Below, piece by piece: positions 45,236 to 54,957 of a DNA stretch of 64,000 nt. The notes below the pieces were generated by a model. That model worked only from the letters and a program-made list of their open reading frames with translations, did no database searches and was not told the origin of the DNA. The stretch lies in the NCBI GenBank assembly GCA_964505535.1, contig CAZDIU010000002.1, positions 3,303-67,302 on the forward strand, given 5' to 3'. Positions within the stretch are counted from its first letter, which is position 1. Each line of letters starts with the position of its first letter. The position numbers were made by a program, and so were the translations under genes. Source of the DNA: an uncultured Desulfobacterales bacterium (GTDB lineage Bacteria > Desulfobacterota > Desulfobacteria > Desulfobacterales > Desulfococcaceae).

Positions 45236-45532
45236 CTATGTTTCCATACCTCCTCCCAGTTTTTTTTCAAGGTAATCAATCAGCATTTCAGCATCACATA
45301 ACCATATGAGTTCCTTTTTGCCATTGACACAACTGACTATTGTTTGACTGCCATTTGGTATCAGAAACCGGGTTCCGTCTTCTGTCTGTATTTTCTTCCG
45401 GTCTTTGTCTGGCCCATACACCAATATGGAATCTGACAGCGTGAATTCTACACTGCCATTGAACTTTGTAACCGTTGCACCCAATGGAATATCCATTGCT
45501 GGCAAAATGACCTTGATTATATCACTTTCCAT
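45236..45532 (-). CDS. hypothetical protein
   Basis: 98-aa ORF ending just before the terminators. Confidence 0.45.
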   Translation of the reverse strand: MESDIIKVILPAMDIPLGATVTKFNGSVEFTLSDSILVYGPDKDRKKIQTEDGTRFLIPNGSQTIVSCVNGKKELIWLCDAEMLIDYLEKKLGGGMET

Positions 45533-45821
45533 ATCCCCCCCATTCGGCAGGGATGTTCCACCCCATTGTTTTAATCAAAGCTGCCGCACTCATGCCTTGT
45601 TGCGGTCTGAAATCTATATACCCAGCAAACGCGTCAGAATTTTCAACTGACCCGGTGTACTCACCAATATCAAACCCATCAACGACTCTTTCCCCGTTTT
45701 CTTTTTCAATCAACGCCCAGAAATGAATCCGGGAATAAACAGGTTTTTCCCCGTCTTCAGGTTTATACACAGCCCACGCTTCCTGAACAGCAGGTATTAT
45801 CTGCAATATTTTATCGGCCAT
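45522..45821 (-). CDS. hypothetical protein
   Basis: 99-aa ORF adjacent to the recombinase stop. Confidence 0.45.
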   Translation of the reverse strand: MADKILQIIPAVQEAWAVYKPEDGEKPVYSRIHFWALIEKENGERVVDGFDIGEYTGSVENSDAFAGYIDFRPQQGMSAAALIKTMGWNIPAEWGGYGK

Positions 45822-45822
45822 C

Positions 45823-46686
45823 TCACCACCCCATCGCCTTATCCACCCGCTTCCCCATCATCTCGGATGTGGGATGAAGATAAGTGCTGAAGATTGTTTT
45901 GGGGTTATCCCCCAGCAGTTTGGCAACATCTTCCAGTGCCATTTCCCCATTGTAATACAGGTTTGTGGCAACCCAGTGCCGGAAGATGTGACACGCTTTC
46001 CCGTCCGCTCCCTTCTTGATTCCCAAATTTTGCAGCATGGTTTTGACCATCTGCTTGATAGTTACGATGTCAATGGGAAACAGCTTGTCCTCCGGGTGTG
46101 AGGCCAGTGTCAGTCCCATTGCCTGCATGTGCGCTTTGAGTGCTTCGGCTGTGTCAGGGCCGAACCGGACTGCGCGCACGGTGGTTTTGGATTTGTTAAT
46201 CCAGACGCACCTCTGATCCAGTTTCACATGCCCCATTCGTAAATCCGCAAGTTCCTGCACCCGCAGTCCGGTTTCTGCCAGCAGCCGGACAATGGCATGG
46301 TTGCGGATATGGTTTCTGTCCCACCGGTAATTCAGGCAGGCATTGACCGTTTCCGCTGACAGCCAGCGTTCCTGCTGTTTCTTGTTTGCTCCCCGCCTCT
46401 GTGCTTCTTTCAGTTTGTATGTGAATTTGGGAACCGGCATATCCAGCGCTGACATTGCAATCCGGACAACCTGACAATACAACCGAATGGTTGCTCCGGA
46501 TTTCCCGGCATCTTCCAGCCATTGCACAAACCCGGCATGATGTGCCATGACTTCCTCGGCAGTGTTCACGTCCTCAACGCCAAGTGCGCTGAGGTATTTG
46601 AAAAAACTGCCGGAAGCATATGTGTACAGTTCTCTCGTCTTTTCCGACAGGGCGGCGAATTCCTGTGTCTGGAAATACTGTTTCAT
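45823..46686 (-). CDS. second tyrosine recombinase (XerC/D-size)
   Basis: 287 aa. Has AETGLRVQEL (Arg), CHIFRHWVAT (HxxR) and LLGDNPKTIFSTYLH (Tyr region). The N-terminal SAM-like core-binding domain contains ...TRELYTYASGSFFKYL. Confidence 0.7.
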   Translation of the reverse strand: MKQYFQTQEFAALSEKTRELYTYASGSFFKYLSALGVEDVNTAEEVMAHHAGFVQWLEDAGKSGATIRLYCQVVRIAMSALDMPVPKFTYKLKEAQRRGANKKQQERWLSAETVNACLNYRWDRNHIRNHAIVRLLAETGLRVQELADLRMGHVKLDQRCVWINKSKTTVRAVRFGPDTAEALKAHMQAMGLTLASHPEDKLFPIDIVTIKQMVKTMLQNLGIKKGADGKACHIFRHWVATNLYYNGEMALEDVAKLLGDNPKTIFSTYLHPTSEMMGKRVDKAMGW

Positions 46687-46715
46687 CGTTTCTCCTTTCT
46701 GTCAAATAAAGTCGG

Positions 46716-47231
46716 TCAGTCAAACGGCTCCCCGTCATCGTGACCGACTTCAAACTCTTCTCCCAATTTCATCCGGGCCAGCATATTGTAAAAGCTGTCG
46801 TCAGGCTTGGACGGTTTGACTTTGGCGGGCGGTTCGTCCGGCAGCCCGGGCATGACTTTTTTTTTGTCCACGCCGATTGCGTCCAGAAAACGTCCGAGTT
46901 TGCGGGCGCATTTCATGCACAGCCTGCTGGACTTGGTGAAGGGCTCATTGGGTTCCTTTTTGGGATCGCAGAAATAACAGCCCCCGGAATATTCTGACCA
47001 CAGGTTTTCCACCATGTCATATACCGGGAATTCCTCTTCCGGTTCATCGGCATCATAAATCCCCATCCCCATTTCAATGTCATAAATCATGATTGCCATT
47101 GCCGCGTTGAAAACAGCGGAGGCGTTTTTCATGCCCTTCAGAGCGTTAAAGCCTTCCTGAAGTTCCCCGTGAAACATCTCTGCGAGATGTTTTTTTTGCA
47201 TCAAACTGCCTATCTGTTCGTCTGTGAACAT
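46716..47231 (-). CDS. hypothetical protein with CxxC...CxxC
   Basis: ATG at 47231 after AAAGGAAA. Contains CYFCDP...CMKCARK. Confidence 0.45.
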   Translation of the reverse strand: MFTDEQIGSLMQKKHLAEMFHGELQEGFNALKGMKNASAVFNAAMAIMIYDIEMGMGIYDADEPEEEFPVYDMVENLWSEYSGGCYFCDPKKEPNEPFTKSSRLCMKCARKLGRFLDAIGVDKKKVMPGLPDEPPAKVKPSKPDDSFYNMLARMKLGEEFEVGHDDGEPFD

Positions 47232-47395
47232 TCGTTTCCTTTCATATCCTCGTAAAATAAATCCCATGTGTTGTCGTTAAGTTTGTCCGGCTCGCTTATG
47301 GCGATCTGGCAGGCCATAAAATAATGAAACATTCCCGGAGGCCAGTACAGCATTATCGGGAGATAATCACCGATTATTTCCCTGAAATTTTCCAT
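47210..47395 (-). CDS. hypothetical small protein
   Basis: ATG at 47395 after AGGAAA. The longer TTG start would overlap the terminator. Confidence 0.35.
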   Translation of the reverse strand: MENFREIIGDYLPIMLYWPPGMFHYFMACQIAISEPDKLNDNTWDLFYEDMKGNECSQTNR

Positions 47396-47423
47396 TGACA
47401 AATTTCCTGTAAGGGTTAATGCC

Positions 47424-47455
47424 AAAAGCCCGTCAGACTCCCATTCTGACGGGCT
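47424..47455 (-). terminator. rho-independent terminator
   Basis: 11-bp stem AGCCCGTCAGA/TCTGACGGGCT followed by TTTT on the minus strand, right after the stop of 47462-48088. Confidence 0.55.
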
Positions 47456-47461
47456 TTGCTT

Positions 47462-48088
47462 TTATTCTGCATCAGTCAGTTCGACCTGATCGACAAACCA
47501 TTCTGCCCATTGGATATATTCTGCATCTGCGGAATAGCAGGATTCGCACATATTCTCATCTTCACAATAGGGGTTTCTGCCGACATTACCGGATTTGCCG
47601 CATTTGTCACAATCCCCATCATGAATAAATTCAGGATACATGCCGGGTTCAAGTCTGGAGTAATGAGAATTTACATAATCCCGTGCGTTTGCGACAGATA
47701 TTTCCATAGCCTGCGCTTTTTCATAGTCTTTCAGGACAGATATAAAATCCTGAAACCATGACAGCGCATAAATCTGCTCTGAATACCGGTCAATAATTTC
47801 TTCCCGAACAGTCTGGAAAATTTCTTTTCCCGCATCAGCCATTGTCCGGTTTCGCCAGTTTCCTGAAACGTAAACAGGCCCGTCATCATATCCGAAATCT
47901 ATGGAAATTTCGTTATCCATGCCTTCTTCATCCGCGGGCTTCTGCCATTTTTCAGGCAGGTTGGAGACAGCGTTGTCCCAGTTGTCCGGCGGCCAGCAGT
48001 CGTCCTGAAGCAGGCTTTCAAATGCCTTTCCCGGACTGCTGTTTTTCTCTATTTCATCTCTGATTTCTCTTTTGGTGTACGTGTACAT
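47462..48088 (-). CDS. hypothetical protein
   Basis: 208-aa acidic ORF with a C-terminal Cys cluster CDKCGKS...CEDENMCESC. Confidence 0.45.
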   Translation of the reverse strand: MYTYTKREIRDEIEKNSSPGKAFESLLQDDCWPPDNWDNAVSNLPEKWQKPADEEGMDNEISIDFGYDDGPVYVSGNWRNRTMADAGKEIFQTVREEIIDRYSEQIYALSWFQDFISVLKDYEKAQAMEISVANARDYVNSHYSRLEPGMYPEFIHDGDCDKCGKSGNVGRNPYCEDENMCESCYSADAEYIQWAEWFVDQVELTDAE

Positions 48089-48152
48089 ATGATTTCTCCT
48101 TTATGGTTTTCGCCGATGTTTATCGGCATTTTCGCATTTTTTGGGCAGGCTG

Positions 48153-48476
48153 TCAAACTTTTCGTCTGAAGGGTTTCTTGGCAAACCGAACCCTGCCCAT
48201 TCTTTCGCAAAACATTTCCCTCAGAAGCAGTATGGTTTCCCGTTCCGGTTTTTCCGGAGACCACTTTCCGGCAAAGTCCGCTTTGGGCAGGTGGCACATT
48301 GCAGAGAACGATTTCTGTATCGCCTCTTCTGCAAAATCTTCCAGATCGTAATCCGCATCCGGCGCATACCGGTATTCATAGCGGTTTACTTGCAGAAACA
48401 CAGCGGACTTGAGGCAGGCTTTTGCTTCATCCAGCAGGTCATTAACCCGCATCTTAATCATCCGGTCTGCTTTCAT
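48153..48476 (-). CDS. hypothetical protein
   Basis: 107-aa ORF coupled to the upstream gene. Confidence 0.4.
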   Translation of the reverse strand: MKADRMIKMRVNDLLDEAKACLKSAVFLQVNRYEYRYAPDADYDLEDFAEEAIQKSFSAMCHLPKADFAGKWSPEKPERETILLLREMFCERMGRVRFAKKPFRRKV

Positions 48477-49609
48477 ACTCCCTCCATCTTCACATGCTCC
48501 CCAAAGGGAGGTTTGTATTTTCCGTAAGTGTCCACCCAGAGAACCGGATAATCCGGTTCATGCCGGGGAAAGGTTCCTTCCAAATCCGTGAGGTAAATCA
48601 GGGCAGCAGGTTCTATGCCATCGTCTGCAATGTGTTCAAATACAGGCTCAAAGTCTGTGCCGCCCCCGCCTTGGGGGTTCAGTTGCAGGGGCAGATCGTC
48701 TGATGTGAAAGACTCAACGCCCCGGATTCTGTAATCACAATAAATTACCGTAAGATTCACGCCCTGAAAGGTTTCCAGAATGGCAGACAGTTCAGAAGCA
48801 AACTGCTGCTGCATCTGCCATTCACTGCCGGACGTGTCCACTGCCACAACAATTTCACCGAGTTCGTTGGAATGCAGGCTCGGCAAAACAAACCCTGCCT
48901 GCAAATACCGGCGGCTCGGACGGTTCCAGTTGTAATCGTTCTTGGCTGTGCGCTCGATGAAATTGCGCAGGACTTCCGCCCAGGGCACTTTGTGATCAAC
49001 CAGTTCTTTGATGAACTGCTCAAATCCGCCGGGCAGCTTGCCCATTGCCTTTGCCTGCTGTGCGGCCTGTGTTACGGCAATCTTCCATTCCTGCTCTTCC
49101 ATCTGCATATCCGCAGGGGAAGGATTGCCGTCTGCACCATTGCCGGGGAAGTCCCGGACCTCACCGCAGCCTCCGGGATCGCTTCCGCCGTTTCCACTTC
49201 CGTCATTGTTCCCGTCCGGATCATCCGGTATGCCTGCATATTCCTGCTCTGCGGCTTTACCGGAACCCGTAAGATACCCTTCCGGAAGCCGGGCACCGGC
49301 CTGAATCAGCAGAGGATTGATAGCCATGTCACAGGCCATATTCCATTTGCCGGGTTCCCTGTGCTGTCTTCTGGTGTGATGGGCATTCGCCAAGTGCATG
49401 ACCTCATGGGCCAGCACACCTCTCAACTCTTCCTGTTTCAGTCCGGCAGTGAACTCCGGATTGAAACCCAGGGTTATGCCGTCTGTCCAAATGGTTTTGC
49501 AGGTGGGATCTTCCTGAAATCTCAGGCGCAGGGCAAGACTTCCGAAAAAGGGATGGTCAAGAACGAGGTTGGCACGGGCTTTGACCATGCTGAGCATAGC
49601 GTCATTCAT
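48473..49609 (-). CDS. putative metallopeptidase (HExxH) + vWA-like domain protein (DUF2201-type)
   Basis: ATG at 49609 after GAGGGAG. Has VLAHEVMHLANAHH and C-terminal IVVAVDTSGSE (MIDAS-like DxSGS). Partners with the MoxR ATPase two genes upstream. Confidence 0.65.
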   Translation of the reverse strand: MNDAMLSMVKARANLVLDHPFFGSLALRLRFQEDPTCKTIWTDGITLGFNPEFTAGLKQEELRGVLAHEVMHLANAHHTRRQHREPGKWNMACDMAINPLLIQAGARLPEGYLTGSGKAAEQEYAGIPDDPDGNNDGSGNGGSDPGGCGEVRDFPGNGADGNPSPADMQMEEQEWKIAVTQAAQQAKAMGKLPGGFEQFIKELVDHKVPWAEVLRNFIERTAKNDYNWNRPSRRYLQAGFVLPSLHSNELGEIVVAVDTSGSEWQMQQQFASELSAILETFQGVNLTVIYCDYRIRGVESFTSDDLPLQLNPQGGGGTDFEPVFEHIADDGIEPAALIYLTDLEGTFPRHEPDYPVLWVDTYGKYKPPFGEHVKMEGV

Positions 49610-49797
49610 TTCTTTTTCTCCCTCACTTTCCGTTCTTTCTCGCAAAAGGCATCCCGCTCCTTCCGCCCTTTCTCGCAATAGACATCATAACAATCTGCGC
49701 AAAGCGAGATTGTCATCCAATCGGAAGTCCATACCACCTTTACCATTTTGCATTCTTTCCCGCAGGAATCACATTTCTGCATATCATCACCTCCCAA
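49606..49797 (-). CDS. zinc-ribbon small protein
   Basis: 63 aa with CDSCGKEC...CADCYDVYC. Confidence 0.45.
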   Translation of the reverse strand: MGGDDMQKCDSCGKECKMVKVVWTSDWMTISLCADCYDVYCEKGRKERDAFCEKERKVREKKK

Positions 49798-50650
49798 TAT
49801 ATCCGCTCATAGCAGACAGGATATCCTCTGCGGACTTGGCAACATCTGCTCTCACAGAAGGCATGTCCCGCAAATCCTGTGCGCTGAGTTCGTGGTTATT
49901 CTTTGTCAGCAGCTTTTCCTCAATCTGCTTTCTGAACTGCTCAATCGCCGGGTCATTCACAAAATTCAGATCCGGGATAAGATTGACCAGTTCCCTGACA
50001 TTGCCGACCAGGGTGTTCTGAAACTTCTTCTCCGGGTCATTCAGGGTTTCGGCCATGCGGCTGACTACCTCGGCCATGCGTTTCCAGATGTCCCTGACCG
50101 AGTTTTCGTACTGATCCCGCAGACGGTTTTCCACTTCCTTTCTGTCAGACTCGGTGAGGGTTGACCGGAAGTCCCCGCTCACTTCCGGCAGGGGATTGAA
50201 ATCCAGTTTGACTTCATACTTCTCTCTCAGTTCCATAAGGTCAGGGTAATGCTCCTCTTTGTACAGGCCGTTCAGCCTGACCTTTGCCTCTTCTTTGAGT
50301 TTGGGGAAGGCAGATACAAACTGGGTCACGGCCTTTTCAAACTCATCATGCAGTTTGTTGAAACCTGCCCTGTATTCGTTCATGTACAGCCGGGACGGAA
50401 GAATCCGATCCCCGTTATCGCCCCAGGGCAGGGTGTGTTTGTTGTGGAATGCACGAAGGCGGCTCACGGTAGAGTTGACCAGTTTCACAGCGTCCGGGTC
50501 AACGAGGTACTGAACAAATTTCCCCGCGTCCTGACCTGCGCCGTGTTCCTCCAGCACTTTCTCCGTCACTTCCTTGTTTTTGCGGGAATTGCCCCATGCG
50601 GAAATGTGCAGGTTCACCAGCATCGCTTTACTCGACAGATTATTGTTCAT
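49787..50650 (-). CDS. DUF3150-like protein (MoxR/vWA-associated)
   Basis: 287 aa. The N-terminus KAMLVNLHISAWGNSRKNKE fits the pattern recalled for DUF3150. The assignment is from memory. Confidence 0.4.
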   Translation of the reverse strand: MNNNLSSKAMLVNLHISAWGNSRKNKEVTEKVLEEHGAGQDAGKFVQYLVDPDAVKLVNSTVSRLRAFHNKHTLPWGDNGDRILPSRLYMNEYRAGFNKLHDEFEKAVTQFVSAFPKLKEEAKVRLNGLYKEEHYPDLMELREKYEVKLDFNPLPEVSGDFRSTLTESDRKEVENRLRDQYENSVRDIWKRMAEVVSRMAETLNDPEKKFQNTLVGNVRELVNLIPDLNFVNDPAIEQFRKQIEEKLLTKNNHELSAQDLRDMPSVRADVAKSAEDILSAMSGYIGR

Positions 50651-50855
50651 TGCTTTTCCTCCTCATGCGGTAAGCGAATGCCTGTGCAAGAATCCGCTTA
50701 CCTTCTTCTGAATTTTCGGGAATCCGAAGCAGTTCCATCCACTGCCGTGGATGGGTTTCAGGGCTGATGATTTGGCGGAGGTAATTCTCTGCTGCGCTTC
50801 GGGGGAATTTGGAACAGATTTGCTGATAAAACAGGGGGATTTCAAAGGAGGGCAT
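50640..50855 (-). CDS. hypothetical small protein
   Basis: 71-aa ORF. Confidence 0.35.
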   Translation of the reverse strand: MPSFEIPLFYQQICSKFPRSAAENYLRQIISPETHPRQWMELLRIPENSEEGKRILAQAFAYRMRRKSNEQ

Positions 50856-50870
50856 ATCACCTCCTTTCTG

Positions 50871-51866
50871 TTAGAAAAGAATTTCCTTGTTTTTGGATGC
50901 CCATTCCATAAAGGAACGGGTTTCCTGCAATTCCGGGGTTCTGTGAACAGCGTCCTGCATGAGCAGAACATTGAACTCGCACGGAATACGGTCCGCGTAC
51001 TTGCAGAGGCGATCCATGTTGTTCTTTGATACCCTTGCTGCCAATGCACCGCACAGGGCATACATCGTTGCGGGATCGTCCGGAACCTTTGCAGAATCCG
51101 GGTTCATAAGCACGCCGTCCGGGTTCGGCAGGTTGCGGAATATTTTCAGGAATCCAACAAACTCTGCTGCAAATCCCTCACCTGCTGCTCCTGTGAAAGT
51201 CTCGTATTCCAAGTCTTTGGGGATGCCGATCTGCATAAGTTTTCCCACATTGGCAACCGTGCGGGGGCAGGGGCTGTTGGTCATGTCGGCTGTGGGAGTG
51301 AAGTCAAACAGCAGATTGGGACGGAAGCGGATAAAGGCAATGAGTTCTGTGGGAACATTGTTTGACAATGCCCACTTGATCCAGTCGTCCATATCCGGCT
51401 CCAACTGGATAATGGCTGAGAATCTGCTTTTGACCGGCTCCAGAATGCCGGACACTCCGGCTCTGTCCTGTTTTCTGTTTGTGGCCGCAAGAAATGTTAC
51501 ATGCGGGCTGACTGTGTGGCCGTTTACCCGGCGGGCAAGAATGAGTTGCATTGCCGCTGCCTGAACAGACGGCGGGGCCTGGCCCAAATCATCCAGGAAA
51601 CAGACTGTCCGCTTTTTCGCTTCCACGAGTTTTCGCAGGTTCCCAAAGGGCAGGAACTCTGCATTGCCGTCAATGATTCCGGGCAGACCTTTGTAGTCAA
51701 TGGGGTCATCAACTACAGGGTGACTGACAATCAGTTCTGTCTCTGTCCCGCTTGTTGCCTGTGAAACAATGTCGGACTTCCCAACACCGGGCGGACCGAC
51801 AATCATTACCGGAAGTCCCGCAGGGATTGTCTTGCTGAGAAGTTCTTTAAGCTGGCTCGGTTTCAT
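50871..51866 (-). CDS. MoxR-like AAA+ ATPase
   Basis: Walker A VMIVGPPGVGKSD and Walker B VCFLDDLGQA. About 330 aa, with a C-terminal lid region. Confidence 0.75.
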   Translation of the reverse strand: MKPSQLKELLSKTIPAGLPVMIVGPPGVGKSDIVSQATSGTETELIVSHPVVDDPIDYKGLPGIIDGNAEFLPFGNLRKLVEAKKRTVCFLDDLGQAPPSVQAAAMQLILARRVNGHTVSPHVTFLAATNRKQDRAGVSGILEPVKSRFSAIIQLEPDMDDWIKWALSNNVPTELIAFIRFRPNLLFDFTPTADMTNSPCPRTVANVGKLMQIGIPKDLEYETFTGAAGEGFAAEFVGFLKIFRNLPNPDGVLMNPDSAKVPDDPATMYALCGALAARVSKNNMDRLCKYADRIPCEFNVLLMQDAVHRTPELQETRSFMEWASKNKEILF

Positions 51867-52449
51867 ATTCCATTTCCTCCTCTGTCTCTGTTTCAAATGC
51901 CCCGATTTCAATCAGGGCTTCCCGCTCCTGCTTCCACCATTCCGCAACACCTGCGGCTTCGGAACGGGCAACTTCGTTTATCTTTTTCAGAATCTTTGCG
52001 GCTGTGGAAAACTCATCCCGCGCCGCATTCCACTCTGCTGCCCATATTTCCACATCTTCCGGCTCCGGAAAGGTTTCCTCACACACTTCGCAACGGCTGT
52101 CAAAAGACACCCATTCATCAATGGTGATAATCCAGTCAGGGTCAAACTCCCGCCGGTATTCATATTTCTGCTGCTTTTCATCAAACACCGGCATCCATGT
52201 TTTGCCTCCGCCGGTGACTCTCAGTATCCGGAGATTCACTCCGAATTCCGCTTTGAGAAGTTCCTGCAAATCCTCAATAAAAAATTCCACTGAGAACGAC
52301 AGATGCTCCCAGAAGATTTCCTCCTCCCCGTCTTCATACGGGAAGTCGTGAAGTTCTGCGTTCCTGTACAGCCTGCGCCACTCAAAGGCGCAGTTCTGAA
52401 TTTCCTGCAATGCTATGGCGCGGGCCGCCGCACCTTTGAGGTATGACAT
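51847..52449 (-). CDS. hypothetical acidic protein
   Basis: ATG at 52449 after AGGAGG. Confidence 0.45.
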   Translation of the reverse strand: MSYLKGAAARAIALQEIQNCAFEWRRLYRNAELHDFPYEDGEEEIFWEHLSFSVEFFIEDLQELLKAEFGVNLRILRVTGGGKTWMPVFDEKQQKYEYRREFDPDWIITIDEWVSFDSRCEVCEETFPEPEDVEIWAAEWNAARDEFSTAAKILKKINEVARSEAAGVAEWWKQEREALIEIGAFETETEEEMEYETEPA

Positions 52450-52490
52450 TGGAACCTCCTTTGTTTGTATCTGGTGTTTGTATCTGGGAT

Positions 52491-52988
52491 TTACTTCAGG
52501 CAGGAAAGAATTTGAGATGTGGGAATGGTTTCGGACTCGAAAAGCTGCCCGCCCCATTTGTGATAACCATACAACATTACGGACGGTTCCAAACTGATTT
52601 TGGGGTAATAACGGCGGGCGACATAATCAATACCGGGCTGCTCGTTACAATCATCCCGTTCTATCATCTCCTTCAGGTCATCCGGCATTGCGTCATCCGG
52701 GATGAAACACGTTTCCTTTTCTTCGCATTCGTTCAGAAAACCGATTGTGCTTTCGGAAAAAACTTCATCATAATAAGCCGGGTCTTTTATAAAAAACGGC
52801 CATTCCCATTCCGCACGACTGACATTGTAAGTTACGCTGTTCGGATATGGTTCCGAAGAAATCTTGCGTATAACACGGATTTCCTCTCTCATCCGTTTTA
52901 TCATTTCTTCCCGGACAGGAAGAATCGCCATAGCAGCAAGTTCATCAGCATATTCATCAAACGTGTTCAGTTTCATAATCAGGTTCAT
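52491..52988 (-). CDS. hypothetical protein
   Basis: The start is set by the ATGA overlap with the upstream stop. Confidence 0.45.
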   Translation of the reverse strand: MNLIMKLNTFDEYADELAAMAILPVREEMIKRMREEIRVIRKISSEPYPNSVTYNVSRAEWEWPFFIKDPAYYDEVFSESTIGFLNECEEKETCFIPDDAMPDDLKEMIERDDCNEQPGIDYVARRYYPKISLEPSVMLYGYHKWGGQLFESETIPTSQILSCLK

Positions 52989-53401
52989 GTGGCCTCCTTC
53001 CATGCCTGAAGCAGTCTTTTCTGCAAAAGATTGAAATCCACAACCTCCTCCAGCATTGCCTCGATAAACCTGTTTTCACTGTCCATTGAAACCACAGGAT
53101 ACCATTCACAATCACACTGGACTTCCATGTATTCCCCATCAAAAGAAATGACTGTGGAAGGAAGTCTGTGCATGGAACCTTCCCGCAGGCAGATGAAATC
53201 AAGTCCGCAGTCAGAGAAGTATTTCAGTTCATCATCCCACAGGTCTGTTGCGTCCTCGTTTTGATACTCGTTAATCCCACGAGCCCATTCTTCATCTTCG
53301 TAAAACCATTCAAAACTGCCAGCCCTCTCTGAAATCAGCTTCTCTGCCAGCCACGCATCGTTTTTGCCAACTCTCAGAATAATACAACCAGAATCAATCA
53401 T
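52985..53401 (-). CDS. hypothetical protein
   Basis: ATG at 53401 after GAGGAGG. Confidence 0.45.
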   Translation of the reverse strand: MIDSGCIILRVGKNDAWLAEKLISERAGSFEWFYEDEEWARGINEYQNEDATDLWDDELKYFSDCGLDFICLREGSMHRLPSTVISFDGEYMEVQCDCEWYPVVSMDSENRFIEAMLEEVVDFNLLQKRLLQAWKEAT

Positions 53402-53603
53402 CGGTGTCCTCCTCAAAAACCCATGTGAGCTTGTACTGGTCTGTCCAGCGTTTTTTACAGGACTTGCAATGCACGTCCTGCAAAAAATCCCCTGATTCAG
53501 CAAAGGAAATCGGATCAGTCTTCAAATCATCACTCCCGCAATACGGGCAGAATATCCCGCCCATTTCAATATATTCTCTGATTTTTTCTTCTTCCATTGT
53601 CAT
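53394..53603 (-). CDS. zinc-ribbon small protein
   Basis: CPYCGSDD...CKSCKKRW. Confidence 0.45.
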   Translation of the reverse strand: MTMEEEKIREYIEMGGIFCPYCGSDDLKTDPISFAESGDFLQDVHCKSCKKRWTDQYKLTWVFEEDTDD

Positions 53604-54757
53604 ATCCTCATGGGCATAACCACTGCCCGGAAAGAGTCATTGCCAACCGGGAAAAATCCCACAGGACGCTCTTCATTATCAACGGATATATCCACTTCCT
53701 CCGTGCCGCAGGCTTTGAGTGCCTGCAAAACAAAGTCAGTATTGAGAGCAACATCAACAGGATCAGCAAACCCGCCTTCTATCAGGGGGATATTGCCTGC
53801 TGACACATACTCCCCGATATTGGGATTGGTATATGATACGTCCAAAGAACCGTTGATTTGGAACTGACAGGCGCGGTACCCGTCTTCGTGAATCGCCTTT
53901 GCCTGCTCAACGGCATCGGCCAAATCCTGCTTTTTTACGGTTACTGTCAGAGAATCAGACCGTTCCAGAACATCTTTCCAAATCTTTTCCGTGTCAGGAA
54001 AGTTCCGGGTGATGTTGTTTGTCACCTCCCCTGTTTCCTCATCTTTGTCTGTGGTGACGTGTTCTGTCCGTTGTGTGGGCGTGATAACTTCTGTTGCGCC
54101 TGCACGGATAACCGCAAACCCGTTCTCATCATCATCACCATTCTGTTCAGGCGCAAAACTGAGAGTGAAACCGTCCTTTGCAATGGCACAGACAGAGGAC
54201 AATACCGCTTTTGATACCATGATGCCGTTATCCCAGGGCATCCGGGGCATCCGGTATTCATGCAGGCGGCTCCCGTCCGTGCTGACAATTCTGCCGTCCG
54301 GATAAAACGCATAATGTAAAACATGACTGCGCTTGTCATCTTTGGGCGGGGCAATGAACACCTTCCGGATAATGTCAGGGGTCAGTTCAATCTCGCCCAC
54401 TTCGGGTCCGGGCATTTTCGGGGCAGGGAAATCCTCAGCGTCATATCCTAAAATGCTGTATTTCCCGTTAATCGAAAACCACCGCTCTTCTTTCTCGATG
54501 ATCTCCGTCACTGTGTCTTTCGCTTTTGTGAGTATGTTTTTGAGAATTTTCGGATCAAACAGGATATTGATACCACCGTCCTCAGCCGGAACCCGGACGT
54601 GACACCATGTGTCCAAATCAGTCGCGGATACCACAAGCTCGTCTCCGTCCGTGTGCAGCCATATCCGTGTGATATTTTCCAGATGAACATGCCCTTTGGG
54701 GACAAACCGGGACACGACCTCAACCGCTTTTTTCAGGACATCTTTATTCGCTTTCAT
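53600..54757 (-). CDS. dnaN: DNA polymerase III beta sliding clamp
   Basis: 385 aa. The N-terminus LKKAVEVVSRFVPK...HTDGDELVVSATDL and the C-terminus ..FRAVVMPMRI fit the DnaN pattern. Confidence 0.7.
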   Translation of the reverse strand: MKANKDVLKKAVEVVSRFVPKGHVHLENITRIWLHTDGDELVVSATDLDTWCHVRVPAEDGGINILFDPKILKNILTKAKDTVTEIIEKEERWFSINGKYSILGYDAEDFPAPKMPGPEVGEIELTPDIIRKVFIAPPKDDKRSHVLHYAFYPDGRIVSTDGSRLHEYRMPRMPWDNGIMVSKAVLSSVCAIAKDGFTLSFAPEQNGDDDENGFAVIRAGATEVITPTQRTEHVTTDKDEETGEVTNNITRNFPDTEKIWKDVLERSDSLTVTVKKQDLADAVEQAKAIHEDGYRACQFQINGSLDVSYTNPNIGEYVSAGNIPLIEGGFADPVDVALNTDFVLQALKACGTEEVDISVDNEERPVGFFPVGNDSFRAVVMPMRI

Positions 54758-54957
54758 TCGCCCTCCTCATCCCAGTTCGGATACCCATAGAACTGGGAAT
54801 ATTTATCAGCGTAATAAACTTTTTCAACACTTGGCCGCTGGACAACAGCGGTAAACAGCGAAACGCCTGCGGCCAGGCCAATCCCAACGAAAAATCCGGT
54901 GACGATACAGATGCCCGCGTACCGGACCGCGCTCTGCAATTTTGTTCTGGGTTTCAT
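54754..54957 (-). CDS. small membrane protein
   Basis: 67 aa with one TM segment, GICIVTGFFVGIGLAAGVSLFTAVV. Confidence 0.45.
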   Translation of the reverse strand: MKPRTKLQSAVRYAGICIVTGFFVGIGLAAGVSLFTAVVQRPSVEKVYYADKYSQFYGYPNWDEEGE

